In this document: in pieces, positions 42,390 to 51,555 of the stretch
How positions within the stretch are numbered: position 1 is the first letter of the stretch
Layout: each line of letters begins with the position of its first letter
DNA from: an uncultured bacterium
GTDB lineage: Bacteria > Actinomycetota > Acidimicrobiia > Spongiisociales > UBA4744
NCBI GenBank assembly: GCA_963827865.1
Contig: CAWHCO010000006.1
Coordinates: forward strand, 196,579-260,578
Direction: 5' to 3'
Length of the DNA: 64,000 nt
Translations under genes and position numbers: made by a program
Notes under the pieces: generated by a model
The model's database searches: none
What the model was told of the DNA's origin: nothing
What the model saw: the letters and a program-made list of their open reading frames with translations, nothing else

Positions 42390-44024
42390 CTAGAGCTCCT
42401 CGAGCTTGGTGAACAGCGGGGTGATCTCGCCCAATCGAGTCCCGGCCGGTACGTCCGGTCGGCGCCATACCCCACCGCCGGATTCGAGACCGAGCATCTC
42501 TCGGAGCCGGTCCGCCGTGAACGGTGTGTACGGGGAGAACCCGACGCCGAGACCGGCGATCGCCGACAGCGCGACGGACAGGATCGTTCCGGCTCTGGCC
42601 GGGTCGTCCTTGAGGACCTTCCACGGTTCCTGCGCGTTGAGGTAGCCGTTGACCGCTTGGGCGCCCTGCATCGCGGCACGCAGCCCTGCCCGCAGCTCCA
42701 CCCGCTCGATCAGATCGGCCTCTTCGGTGAGGAGCCCGTCGATCGTGTCTAGCAGGTCCCCATCCTCGGAGGACAGGTCACCCTGGTTCGGGATGAAGCC
42801 ATCGAAGCTGCGCGCCGTCAGGGTGAGCACCCGGTTGACGAGGTTGCCCCAGGTTGCCACCAGCTCCTCGTTGATTCTGCGCACGATCTCGTCGTCTGAC
42901 AGGTCGGTGTCGTTCTGTTCCGGCAGTGATGCCGCGATGGCGTAGCGGAGCGCGTCCGGTTCAAGACGCTCCGCGTACCACGAGATCGACCTGCCGACAC
43001 CGCGACTCGCCGATCCTTTCTCACCTTTGAACGTGATGAACTGGTTCGCCGGGACGTCGGTGGGGAGGTTGAGGCCCTCGTAGCCCATCAGCTGACAGGG
43101 CCAGATCACGGCATGGAACACAACGTTGTCCTTGCCGATGAAGTAGTACGACTCGGCTTCAGGATCTTCCCACCATGCTTTCCAAGCGTCGGGTGTGCCT
43201 TGGATCTGGGCCCACTCCTTTGCGGCTGACAAATAGCCGATCACCGCCTCGAACCACACATAGATCCGCTTGCCTTCGCCGAGGTCGGCGAACTCCGGCG
43301 GCAGGGGGATACCCCAGGTGAGGTCACGCGTGATCGCCCTGTCGAGGAGCCCTTCCTTGGTGAAGCCGATCGCCATGTTCTGCACGTGGCGGCGCCACCC
43401 CTCTCTCGACTCGAGCCACTCGAGGAGGCGATCCTGGAACACGGAGAGCCGCAGGAAGTAATGCTCGGTATCCCGCATGACCGGCTTCGCACCCGAGATG
43501 CGGCTCTTCGGGTCGATCAGGTCCTCCGGGTCGAGCTGACGCCCACAGTCGTCGCACTGGTCGCCCCTTGCACTCGCATAGCCGCAGAACGGGCAGGTGC
43601 CCTCCACGTACCGGTCCGGCAGGAATCGGCCGGCATCCTCGTCATAGAACTGGCTCGACGGCTTCGTGACGATGAAACCGTGCTCATGGAGCCTTCGGAA
43701 CACGTCCCAGGTGACCTCGCGGTGATTGTCGGTACCCGTGGTCGTGTACAGGTCCCACGAGATGCCGAGTGCCTCCCAGTTGGCGAGGAACTCGGCGTGG
43801 TATCGGTCGACGATCACCTGGGGTTCGACACCCTCCTGGTCGGCCCTGACGGTGATCGGGGTTCCGTGGACGTCGCTGCCGGACACCATCAACACGTCGT
43901 TGCCCGCGAGGCGGTGGTAGCGGGCGAAGATGTCAGCGGGCAGATAGGCGCCAGAGAGGTGCCCAAGATGGCGTGAACCGCTGGCGTAAGGCCACGCGAC
44001 GGCAACGAGAATGTGGCGTTTCAT
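42390..44024 (-). CDS. metG: methionine--tRNA ligase
   Basis: In frame with ORF 42390..44213. ATG 44024 gives MKRHILVAVAWPYASGSRHLGHLSGAYLPADIFARYHR (HIGH-type motif). Also seen: a zinc knuckle CPFCGYASARGDQCDDCG and a KMSKS-like FKGEKGSASRG. The 63 upstream codons read through a repeat element. Confidence 0.93.
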   Translation of the reverse strand: MKRHILVAVAWPYASGSRHLGHLSGAYLPADIFARYHRLAGNDVLMVSGSDVHGTPITVRADQEGVEPQVIVDRYHAEFLANWEALGISWDLYTTTGTDNHREVTWDVFRRLHEHGFIVTKPSSQFYDEDAGRFLPDRYVEGTCPFCGYASARGDQCDDCGRQLDPEDLIDPKSRISGAKPVMRDTEHYFLRLSVFQDRLLEWLESREGWRRHVQNMAIGFTKEGLLDRAITRDLTWGIPLPPEFADLGEGKRIYVWFEAVIGYLSAAKEWAQIQGTPDAWKAWWEDPEAESYYFIGKDNVVFHAVIWPCQLMGYEGLNLPTDVPANQFITFKGEKGSASRGVGRSISWYAERLEPDALRYAIAASLPEQNDTDLSDDEIVRRINEELVATWGNLVNRVLTLTARSFDGFIPNQGDLSSEDGDLLDTIDGLLTEEADLIERVELRAGLRAAMQGAQAVNGYLNAQEPWKVLKDDPARAGTILSVALSAIAGLGVGFSPYTPFTADRLREMLGLESGGGVWRRPDVPAGTRLGEITPLFTKLEEL

Positions 44025-44157
44025 CGGCGCGGAGGCTACCAGGCGGTGTCCGCTCGCCCGGATGGATATGCGCTCTGCCGGGATTGTCGGCGTGGTGGGC
44101 CACCGGAGAACGTGAACTGCGGAGGTGCCTGCTGTGGGCGGTCGTGAGCGGGCTACG

Positions 44158-44364
44158 TTGCTGGGAACGACCCCCTCCGTCCTCGGCTCCGCCGAGTCCA
44201 CCTCCCCCAACACTCGCTTCGCTCGCGAGGGGAGGAAACAGGAACCGCCCCTTCCGTCCTCGGCTCCGCCGAGTCCACCTCCCCCAACACTCGCTTCGCT
44301 CGCGGGGGAGGAAACGGGAACGGCCTCCGCCGTTTTCGGTTCTCAGTTCTGGGTTCTCGGTAGG
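44158..44364. repeat. two tandem Q modules (reverse orientation) + heptad array
   Basis: Q at 44158-44239 and a 5'-truncated Q at 44241-44313, both ending CTCGCTTCGCTCGCG(A/G)GGGGAGGAAAC. CGGTTCT/CAGTTCT/GGGTTCT heptads at 44337-44364. Confidence 0.85.
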
Positions 44365-44441
44365 AAGCTCGCCCTGGCGAGCCGATCCACGGCGCTTTCT
44401 GGCTGGAGACTGGAGGAATCGGGGCGCACCACGGCCTGCGG

Positions 44442-45434
44442 CTAGGGGCTCGAGGCGGCCACACCCCGGGAGGCCATCCAACGGAAGAGACCCGACCCGA
44501 CGACGAAGACCATCGCGCTGAACAAGATCAGGCGGGTCGACATGGGAACGATGAGTATCGCCGCGATGAACTGCGCGATGATCGACGCATACAGGAGCCT
44601 CGCCACGAACAGCCGGTTGCGGTGTGAGATGAACCAGGCGCCGAACGGCGCGCCGATCACCACGATGGGGACGCACACCCACCAGTAGTTCCAGGCCTCG
44701 GTTGCCATGCCTCCACCGGCGAGGGTCTTCCAAGTGAACCCCACGGCGGCGTTCAGCCCCATCAACACAACCGAGGTCGGGGTCGCGACGGACTCGTTGA
44801 TCCGCAGCCGTAGCACGAGCAGAGAGAAGGTTGTGATGTCGAGACCGCTTCCCGTGATCGACGACACCAACCCGCCCACGACGCCTGTGAGGATGAGCAG
44901 CACGACATGGCGTGACGCGAAGTCGCGGATCTCGTGGCGGACCTCGCGATTGTGATAGCGGTTGATCAGCCAAAGGGCAACGGCGAACGCCAACCATGTG
45001 CTGGTGAAGAGCATCTTGGCGTAGGAAGGCGGGAGACGGCCGGCGATCCACTTCAGACCGACGATCACACCCACTGTTCCTCCCACGCTCGACCACACCA
45101 GGGCGTGTCGTTCAACCGGTATCCGGGTGTAGAGGATCGTCACCGCGGCGGCGCACATCCCTACCGTCTGGATCATCAGCGAGAAGTCACGGGCAGTGGC
45201 CGGGTTGATGTTGAAGAGCAGTGTCATCACGGGGAAAGCGACCGCGCCGCCGCCTTCACTCGTGGCCCCGGCGATGAACGATCCGAAGACCATGGTCACC
45301 GACATGAACCAGCCCTTGACGAACAGCACCCAGCGGTCTCCGATGGTCATGGCGCCGATCCACGCCCCCCATACGACCACTGCGGTCAGGCCGACCGAGA
45401 TCCACGCGGAGCGGCGGCGTGTCAGGTGTGGCAC
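44442..45434 (-). CDS. TauE/SafE-family (sulfite exporter-like) membrane protein
   Basis: ORF 44442..45434. About 8 TM segments. FGSFIAGATSEGGGAVAFPVMTLLF and SSITGSGLDITTFSLLVL repeats are typical of the family. Confidence 0.7.
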   Translation of the reverse strand: MPHLTRRRSAWISVGLTAVVVWGAWIGAMTIGDRWVLFVKGWFMSVTMVFGSFIAGATSEGGGAVAFPVMTLLFNINPATARDFSLMIQTVGMCAAAVTILYTRIPVERHALVWSSVGGTVGVIVGLKWIAGRLPPSYAKMLFTSTWLAFAVALWLINRYHNREVRHEIRDFASRHVVLLILTGVVGGLVSSITGSGLDITTFSLLVLRLRINESVATPTSVVLMGLNAAVGFTWKTLAGGGMATEAWNYWWVCVPIVVIGAPFGAWFISHRNRLFVARLLYASIIAQFIAAILIVPMSTRLILFSAMVFVVGSGLFRWMASRGVAASSP

Positions 45435-45471
45435 AAGCGGATCCTATCGGCGCGAAACGACCCGAAGTCGG

Positions 45472-46377
45472 CTAGACGCCGTGCGGTTCCACCGGTCGCG
45501 TGGGTTCGGCCCGGTCGACGATGACCACCCCGACGAGGATCAATCCGGCGGCGAGTCCGATGATCAGGTTGAGCTGCTCCGCCAGCAGCAATGCTCCCGC
45601 GGCGAGGCTCACCAGGGGCACGAGATACCCGACGAGTGACGCTCGGGTTGCCGTGGTGTGGCGGACGACCCACAAGAACCCGAGGTACGGCAGCACGGTG
45701 CCGAGCGTTGCCATGTAGGCGAGGAGGCTCCACGACGTAGGGGTGATCGACGCAAGGGGTGTGCTGCCGAACAACGGCCAGATGATGAGCACCCCCACCG
45801 CACAGGCGACGAACTGGGGTCCCGCCAGTTCCATCACCGGGTAGCGCTGCGCGTACACCCTGCTGAGCACACCGCCCAGTGACGCAAGCAGGATGCCGAC
45901 CGCCGACCACGCGACACCTACGATGATGCTTCCCCCGGTGAACCCGGCTTCGCCCGTTGCGATCAGCACGGCGACACCGGCGAATGCCACTCCCGAGCCG
46001 GCGAGTTTGCGCAACGTGAACCGCTCCTCCACAAGGACGAAGTGGGCCCAGACCGTGGTGACGACGGGGATGAGCGCGATCAGCAACCCACCGAGGCCGG
46101 CCGATATGTGCTCGAGTGCGACAGTGAAAAAGACCGTCGGTGCCGACATGTTGGCGGTCCCGACGATCAGGCCGGCGAGCCATACTCCACGGTCTGTCGT
46201 CAGGCGGCGACGCCACCAGAGCCATCCGACCAAGATGGCCGCCGCTGCGACGAAGCGAATCGGCATGAGGGTGAAGGGGTCGACGCCGTGTAGCAGCAGG
46301 CTGCGGGTCGCCACGCTCCCCGTACCCCACCCGAAGGCGGCGAGGAGCAGCACCATCCAGAGTCTCCTGTCTGCCAT
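45472..46377 (-). CDS. DMT-superfamily (EamA-like) transporter
   Basis: In frame with ORF 45472..46542. ATG 46377 gives MADRRLWMVLLLAAFGWGTGSVATR. Ten hydrophobic segments in two halves. The upstream 55 codons read through a repeat element. Confidence 0.8.
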   Translation of the reverse strand: MADRRLWMVLLLAAFGWGTGSVATRSLLLHGVDPFTLMPIRFVAAAAILVGWLWWRRRLTTDRGVWLAGLIVGTANMSAPTVFFTVALEHISAGLGGLLIALIPVVTTVWAHFVLVEERFTLRKLAGSGVAFAGVAVLIATGEAGFTGGSIIVGVAWSAVGILLASLGGVLSRVYAQRYPVMELAGPQFVACAVGVLIIWPLFGSTPLASITPTSWSLLAYMATLGTVLPYLGFLWVVRHTTATRASLVGYLVPLVSLAAGALLLAEQLNLIIGLAAGLILVGVVIVDRAEPTRPVEPHGV

Positions 46378-46397
46378 CGGTGTGAGGCTAGGGCAGT

Positions 46398-46567
46398 GTT
46401 GGTCCCCCCAAGGAGCCCGCAGGGCGACGTTGGGGGGAAAGTACCGCATAAGCCGTCTGGGGTAGGGGGGTGGTGCGCGGGCTACGTTGGTGGGAACGGC
46501 CCCCTCCGTCCTCGGCTTCGCCTCGGCCACCTCCCCCAACACTCGCTTCGCTCGCGGGGGAGGAAAC
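46398..46567. repeat. P + reverse-Q composite (left copy of the pair bracketing the BMC region)
   Basis: GTTGGTCCCCCCAAGGAGCCCGCAGGGCGACGTTGGGGGGAAAGTACCGCATAAGCCGTCTGGGGTAGGGGGGTGGTGCGCGGGCTACGTTGGTGGGAACGG...CTCGCGGGGGAGGAAAC. It shares the private variant CGCATAAGCCGTCTGGGG with 52781-52950. Confidence 0.85.
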
Positions 46568-46589
46568 GGGTGGTCAGCGCAGCGGGCGT

Positions 46590-47297
46590 CTATCGCCCGC
46601 GGGTTCCCCAGCGGCGGACGAGGTAGAGCCAGAGTGGCCCGGGGTCGCGCTGCTCGATCGGGGGTTCCGGTACGGGTTCGGGCTCCGGCGCCGGTTCCGG
46701 CGGCGGCTGCTCGGCAGTCTCGAGTTGCGTCCGCAGATCACGGACTCGCTCCTTCAGGAAGTGCGCCTCGGTCTCGGCCTTGGCGGCCCGCTCTCGCGCA
46801 TCTGCGAGTTGCTGGCCCGCCTCGTGCAGGTTCCCCAATTGGTTGAGGAGGCGGCGCCACTCATCGATGGGTACGAGCATCGAGCCTTCCGGGACCGGTG
46901 GCGTGGGAGGCTGCGCCGCGGACACGCCACCGTCGCGAGGAGCCGGAGGCCCTTCGCCCGGATGTGTCGCCTGGGCAGGCGGCTCCTCGGCCGGTCGCTT
47001 CTTCTGTTTCGGTGGTTCGGCGGGCCGTTTCTTCTGTTTCTGTTTCTGCTTCTGTTTCTGCTTCTGTTTCTGCTTCGATGCTTCGGCTTCGGCGCGGGAC
47101 CGAGCCCGCTCCACGACCTCGGACCTGAGCACCACGCGCTCGTCGTCCACGAGTCTCGAACCAATCTTCTGTTTGCGAGCCCAGTTGCGGATCGTCTTGG
47201 CAGAAAGGCCGGTGATTTCGGCCGCGATGTCGAGTGTCACCCAGCTCCGTGGGGGCGGGGGAGCGGACGGGCTCTGCCAGACGAAGGCCGGATCCAT
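46590..47297 (-). CDS. excisionase/MerR-type HTH DNA-binding protein with (KQ)n repeat, Pro-rich tracts and a coiled-coil region
   Basis: In frame with ORF 46590..47330 (ATG 47297 or GTG 47330). HTH WVTLDIAAEITGLSAKTIRNWARKQKIG, then KQKQKQKQKQKQKKRPAEPPKQKKRPAEEP, then the helical segment LLNQLGNLHEAGQQLADARERAAKAETEAHFLKERVRDLRTQLE. Divergent from the BMC operon. Confidence 0.6.
   Translation of the reverse strand: MDPAFVWQSPSAPPPPRSWVTLDIAAEITGLSAKTIRNWARKQKIGSRLVDDERVVLRSEVVERARSRAEAEASKQKQKQKQKQKQKQKKRPAEPPKQKKRPAEEPPAQATHPGEGPPAPRDGGVSAAQPPTPPVPEGSMLVPIDEWRRLLNQLGNLHEAGQQLADARERAAKAETEAHFLKERVRDLRTQLETAEQPPPEPAPEPEPVPEPPIEQRDPGPLWLYLVRRWGTRGR
47034..47075. repeat. in-frame hexanucleotide microsatellite CTG(T/C)TT x7 inside the HTH gene
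   Basis: CTGTTT CTGTTT CTGCTT CTGTTT CTGCTT CTGTTT CTGCTT on the + strand, which encodes (KQ)7 on the coding strand. Confidence 0.9.
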
Positions 47298-47343
47298 GCC
47301 CAGGGAGCCTAGTTGGGTGCAGGGCACCAATTAGGCGTGTCTC

Positions 47344-47462
47344 GTACCTTGTACCTTGTACCTCGTGCCGTGCGCAGCCTGAACGGGTTCGACAGGCTCT
47401 GGCTGTCAGCTGTTTGCTGTTGGCTGTCAACTGTTTACTAATGACTGAAGACTGATGGCTGA
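47344..47462. repeat. heptad arrays in the divergent HTH/BMC intergenic region
   Basis: GTACCTT GTACCTT GTACCTC at 47344-47364. Then about 47398-47462 reads as period-7 units GGCTGTC AGCTGTT TGCTGTT GGCTGTC AACTGTT TACTAAT GACTGAA GACTGAT GGCTGAC. Confidence 0.75.
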
Positions 47463-47487
47463 CTCCCCGGTGCCCTAGGATGCCGAT

Positions 47488-48033
47488 ATGCCGTCAGAGT
47501 CGGAGGTTCGAGAACTCGTGCGCGCAGCCGTCGAGGCACTCCAGCCCGTATCTGAGAGCGGGTCTCGACCGGACGCCGCCTCGGACTCCATCGCTGTCGG
47601 GGCCGACCACGGAGGCTACCCGATGAAGGAGAAGATCGCCTTCCACCTCCGGGAGCGCGGCTTCGACGTACATGACTGCGGCACCGGCAGCGGCGACTCG
47701 GTCGACTACCCCGAGTTCGCCCACGCCGTCGCCCGGCTCGTCGCCGACGGGACGTGCCGGTTGGGGATCATCGTCGACGGGGCGGGAATCGGCTCTTGCA
47801 TGGTCGCCAACAAGGTCCCGGGGGTGCGAGCTGCCCTTTGCTACGACCTGTCGTCTGCTCGCAACAGCCGTGAGCACAACCACGCTAATGTCCTCACTCT
47901 GGGCGCCGGGCTGATCGGCACGAACCTCGCGCTCCAAATCGTCGACGAGTGGCTCGCCACCGACTGGGCCGGCGGACGACACGAACGACGGGTCGGGATG
48001 ATCGACGAGATCGATCGCAGGTATCGCACATGA
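47488..48033 (+). CDS. RpiB/LacAB-family sugar-phosphate isomerase, BMC-associated paralog with an N-terminal extension of about 32 aa
   Basis: ORF 47488..48033. The core is [61 protein letters not shown]. The N-terminal [34 protein letters not shown] has no counterpart in the second rpiB at 57396-57842. Confidence 0.88.
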   Translation: MPSESEVRELVRAAVEALQPVSESGSRPDAASDSIAVGADHGGYPMKEKIAFHLRERGFDVHDCGTGSGDSVDYPEFAHAVARLVADGTCRLGIIVDGAGIGSCMVANKVPGVRAALCYDLSSARNSREHNHANVLTLGAGLIGTNLALQIVDEWLATDWAGGRHERRVGMIDEIDRRYRT

Positions 48034-48854
48034 CCAACGAGCAACTGATCGAGATCATCACCAAGCAGGTCCTCCAGCAGCTCACCACCCACGAGGACGA
48101 CTGCAACGGCGCCTGCGCGTACCACAGCCCCGATCAGGTCCGCGAGGTCGTCGCCACCGGAGCCAACCGGGTGTCCTATCGGGGGTCGGGCGCCGACGTA
48201 CCCCGGGACCTCGCCCGCTACATCGATCACACGCTCCTCAAGCCCGACGCGACGTCGGCCGACATCGACCGGCTGTGCACGGAGGCGTCCGAGTACGGGT
48301 TCGCCGCCGTGTGTGTCAACCCCTACTGGGTCAAGCGGTGCGCGAAGAACCTACGCGGCACATCGGTCAAGATCGCATCCGTTATCGGCTTCCCGCTCGG
48401 CGCTACGCCATCGGAGATCAAGGCGTTCGAAGCGCGCAGAGTCATCCGGGACGGCGCAACAGAAATCGACATGGTGATCAACATCGGGGCGCTCCGCTCG
48501 GGCGACTACGACCTCGTTCGCGACGACATCGCCAAGGTGTCGGACGCATGCCACGAGTCGGGTGCGCTGAACAAGGTGATCATCGAGGCGGCTCTGTTGA
48601 CCGACGAGGAGAAGGTCATCGCCTCGGCGCTCGCGAGGGAAGGCAGAGCCGACTACGTGAAGACATCCACCGGGTTCGCGTCGAGTGGAGCGACGGTCCA
48701 CGACGTGCTCCTCATGAGAGAGACCGTCGGGCCCAAGATGGGTGTGAAAGCGGCCGGCGGTATCCACACCGCCGAGGATGTTCGGGATATGGTGGCCGCC
48801 GGTGCGACGAGGATCGGCGCGTCGGCAGGCGTACAGATCGTGACGGGAGAGTGA
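48030..48854 (+). CDS. deoC: deoxyribose-phosphate aldolase (DeoC family), BMC-associated, with an N-terminal extension of about 60 aa
   Basis: In frame with ORF 47949..48854. ATG 48030 overlaps the isomerase stop (ATGA). The core is [64 protein letters not shown] (Schiff-base Lys)..VKAAGGI. The extension begins [20 protein letters not shown]. Confidence 0.9.
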   Translation: MTNEQLIEIITKQVLQQLTTHEDDCNGACAYHSPDQVREVVATGANRVSYRGSGADVPRDLARYIDHTLLKPDATSADIDRLCTEASEYGFAAVCVNPYWVKRCAKNLRGTSVKIASVIGFPLGATPSEIKAFEARRVIRDGATEIDMVINIGALRSGDYDLVRDDIAKVSDACHESGALNKVIIEAALLTDEEKVIASALAREGRADYVKTSTGFASSGATVHDVLLMRETVGPKMGVKAAGGIHTAEDVRDMVAAGATRIGASAGVQIVTGE

Positions 48855-48858
48855 TCCG

Positions 48859-49485
48859 GTGAGTGACGTCGAACTGAGGAGCTACGCATTCCTGGACAGT
48901 CTCCAGCCCCAGTACGCCGCGTTCCTCGGAACCGTCGCTCAGGGGTTCCTGCCACTCGCCGGAGACGCGTCGCTGTACATCGAGATCTCCCCCGGCATCG
49001 AGATCAACCGTCTCACCGACGTGGCGTTGAAGTCGACGAGGGTCAAGCCCGGCATGCAGGTTGTCGAGCGGTACTACGGCGTGCTCGAGATTCACTCGCC
49101 AGAGCAGGCGGAGACCCGTGCCGCGGGAGCGGCGATCCTCCACGATCTGGGCCTCGCGGAGACCGACCGTCTCAAGCCGAAGATCCTGTCGAGTCAGATC
49201 ATCCGGCGGATCGACGACCACCAGGCGCAGCTCATCAACCGAACCCGGCATGGACAGATGATCATCCCGGGCCAGACCCTCTACGTGATGGAGGTCGAGC
49301 CGGCGGCGTACGCGCCACTTGCCGCCAACGAAGCGGAGAAAGCAGCGGACATCAATGTGCTCGAGGTTCGGGCGTTCGGTTCGATGGGCCGTATCTACCT
49401 CGGTGGTGAGGAACGGGACATCGACGTCGGGTGGCGTGCGGCGATAGCCGCCATCGAAGGTGTCGAAGGACGAGAAACGAAGTAG
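48859..49485 (+). CDS. BMC-T shell protein, permuted tandem-BMC-domain type (resembles the double-stacking BMC-T2/T3 of Haliangium ochraceum as I recall them)
   Basis: ORF 48859..49485 (GTG). [74 protein letters not shown], and a second domain [45 protein letters not shown]. Confidence 0.8.
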   Translation: MSDVELRSYAFLDSLQPQYAAFLGTVAQGFLPLAGDASLYIEISPGIEINRLTDVALKSTRVKPGMQVVERYYGVLEIHSPEQAETRAAGAAILHDLGLAETDRLKPKILSSQIIRRIDDHQAQLINRTRHGQMIIPGQTLYVMEVEPAAYAPLAANEAEKAADINVLEVRAFGSMGRIYLGGEERDIDVGWRAAIAAIEGVEGRETK

Positions 49486-49502
49486 AAGAGAGGAGACAGC
49501 CG

Positions 49503-49805
49503 ATGGCTGAAGCGTTGGGGATGATCGAGGCTCGTGGTTTCGCGGCGATGGTCGAAGCGGCCGACGCGATGGTGAAGGCTGCCAAGGTCGAGCTGGTGAG
49601 CTACGAGAAGACCGGTGGCGGCTACGTCACGGCGATCGTTCGTGGAGACGTGGCGGCCGTCAAGGCCGCGATCGAAGCAGGCGTACGGAACGCGGAGAAG
49701 GTCGGCGAAGTCATCGCGACTCACGTCATCGCCCGCCCGCACACGAACGTCGACCTGGTGCTGCCCCTTGGCCGCGCCGAGGAGGCACAGGCCGAAACCT
49801 CCTGA
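49503..49805 (+). CDS. BMC-H shell protein (PduA/CcmK-like hexamer)
   Basis: In frame with ORF 49431..49805. ATG 49503 follows [67 protein letters not shown]. Confidence 0.95.
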   Translation: MAEALGMIEARGFAAMVEAADAMVKAAKVELVSYEKTGGGYVTAIVRGDVAAVKAAIEAGVRNAEKVGEVIATHVIARPHTNVDLVLPLGRAEEAQAETS

Positions 49806-49816
49806 GAGGAGACGAC

Positions 49817-50104
49817 ATGCTCCTAGCGCGAGTCGCCGGGACGCTCGTCGCCACCAGAAAGGAGCCCAGCATGTCCGGGCTCAAGTTCCTGGTGCTGCGA
49901 CAGCTCGATGTCGACGACACCGAGACGGGCGGCTACGTCGTCGCAGCCGACGCCGTCGGTGCCGGCGTCGGCGAGATCGTCCTCTACGCGACGGGCAGCT
50001 CGGCACGCCAAACCGAACTCACCAACAACCGACCCTGTGACGCGGTCGTCATGGCGATTGTCGACACCTGGGAGGTCGGCGGGGAAGAGAAGTACCACAA
50101 GTGA
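49817..50104 (+). CDS. BMC-P vertex protein (EutN/CcmL family), copy 1
   Basis: ORF 49817..50104. [61 protein letters not shown]. Close in pattern to E. coli EutN. Confidence 0.92.
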   Translation: MLLARVAGTLVATRKEPSMSGLKFLVLRQLDVDDTETGGYVVAADAVGAGVGEIVLYATGSSARQTELTNNRPCDAVVMAIVDTWEVGGEEKYHK

Positions 50105-51555
50105 TCGATCAGGCCGAGATCCAAGAGATCATCGAGCGGGTCCGGAAGAAGCTCGGCGAGGCCGGCGAGTCCGTCGGCGCGGGGCTACGTGGCAGCACGG
50201 CTCTGGAAGCGATCGCTCCGGCCGACCTTGGCGAAGGCATCTATCCGACCGTCGATGAAGCAGTCGCCGCAGCCAGACGGGCGTTCGAAGCGTACCGGTC
50301 GGTTGGACTCGAGGGTCGCAAGACGATCATCAGCGCCGTGCGCGCCTCGATGCTCCAGCACGGAGAACAGCTCGCCGAGATGGCCCACGCCGAGACGGGA
50401 CTCGGTCGAGTCGAGGACAAGATCGTCAAGAACCGGATCGTCACGACGAAGGCACCCGGCCCCGAGGATCTTGAGCTGGAGGCAGCCACAGGCGATCTCG
50501 GCATGGTCGTCACCGAGTTCGCCCCCTACGGGGTGATCGGGTCGATCACCCCCACGACGAACCCGACGTCGACCATCATCAACAACACCATCTCGATCGT
50601 CTCGGCGGGCAACGCGCTCGTCTTCAACGTGCACCCGAGCGCCAAGCGCGTCTCGGCCGAAAACGTCCGACTCATCAACAGGGCGATCGTCGCCGCTGGT
50701 GGCCCACCCGACCTGGTCGCCGCCATCCCCAACCCGACGATCGCCTCGGCGAAAGAGCTGATGGTGCACCCGGACGTCCCGGTGCTGCTCGTGACCGGAG
50801 GCGGGGGAGTGGTCAAAGAGGCGATGCGCACCGACAAACGCGTCGTTGCCGCTGGGCCGGGCAACCCTCCGACCGTTGTCGACCAGACCGCCGACCTCGA
50901 CAAGGCCGCCCGCGACATCGTGCTCGGAGCGTCGTTCGACAACAACATCGTCTGCATCGACGAGAAGACGGTGATCGCCATCGACACCATCGCCGACTCG
51001 CTGGTCAGGAAGATGGCGGACCAGGGCGCCTACGTCCTGAAGGGGCACGAGCTACGCCGGATAGAACGGGTCGTGTTCTCCGAGCTGGGACCACCGAACA
51101 AACCCGGGGTCATCAACAAAGAGTGGATCGGCAAGAACGCAGGGGCGATTCTCGCCGAGATCGGCGTGCAGGTGGGCCCGGAAGTCCGTTTGGCCGTGGC
51201 CGAGGTCGCGATAGAACACAGCCTGGTGTGGACCGAGCAGATGTTGCCGGTGCTGCCGGTCGTCCGGGTTCCGGACGTCGACCGGGCGATCGATCTTGCG
51301 GTGCGGTCCGAACATCGTTTCCGCCACACTGCATCGATCCACTCGACCAACGTTGAAACCATCACCCGCATGGCCAGAGCGATGGACTGCTCGATCTTCG
51401 TGGCGAACGGTCCCCACTACGCGGGACTGGGAGAAGGCGGTGAAGGGTTCGCATCCTTCTCGATCGCCAGCCCGACCGGCGACGGGCTGACTCGACCCCG
51501 GACCTTCTCTCGTGAACGGCGCATCACCGTTGTCGGTGCACTGAGGATCGTGTGA
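50101..51555 (+). CDS. CoA-acylating aldehyde dehydrogenase (EutE/PduP-like), with an N-terminal amphipathic helix
   Basis: ORF 50101..51555 (GTG, overlapping the BMC-P stop as GTGA). [24 protein letters not shown], catalytic Cys in [11 protein letters not shown]. The N-terminus is [20 protein letters not shown]. Confidence 0.9.
   Translation: MIDQAEIQEIIERVRKKLGEAGESVGAGLRGSTALEAIAPADLGEGIYPTVDEAVAAARRAFEAYRSVGLEGRKTIISAVRASMLQHGEQLAEMAHAETGLGRVEDKIVKNRIVTTKAPGPEDLELEAATGDLGMVVTEFAPYGVIGSITPTTNPTSTIINNTISIVSAGNALVFNVHPSAKRVSAENVRLINRAIVAAGGPPDLVAAIPNPTIASAKELMVHPDVPVLLVTGGGGVVKEAMRTDKRVVAAGPGNPPTVVDQTADLDKAARDIVLGASFDNNIVCIDEKTVIAIDTIADSLVRKMADQGAYVLKGHELRRIERVVFSELGPPNKPGVINKEWIGKNAGAILAEIGVQVGPEVRLAVAEVAIEHSLVWTEQMLPVLPVVRVPDVDRAIDLAVRSEHRFRHTASIHSTNVETITRMARAMDCSIFVANGPHYAGLGEGGEGFASFSIASPTGDGLTRPRTFSRERRITVVGALRIV

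Noticed and set aside
44025-44213. N-terminal extensions of the metG ORF (63 codons), the DMT transporter ORF (46378-46542), the korA ORF (36312-36983) and other ORF-track entries that start far upstream of the conserved N-terminus
   Set aside because: The extensions read through P/Q repeat modules (peptides such as LGEVDSAEPRTEGVVPSNVA recur in different genes and frames) or through Arg/Pro-rich junk. Internal ATG or GTG codons give canonical N-termini, often with an SD.
46590-47330. Treating the excisionase-type HTH gene as evidence for a prophage or integrative element carrying the BMC
   Set aside because: No integrase, att-like tRNA target or phage gene is present. The HTH fold is shared with MerR-type regulators. 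Only the flanking direct repeats are reported, as a separate hypothesis.
46470-47334. Plus-strand ORFs (280 aa and 184 aa) overlapping the HTH gene
   Set aside because: Their translations are dominated by repeat-derived low complexity (LLFLLLFLLLF and CFCFCFCF from the hexanucleotide repeat). The minus frame carries a credible HTH and coiled-coil sequence.
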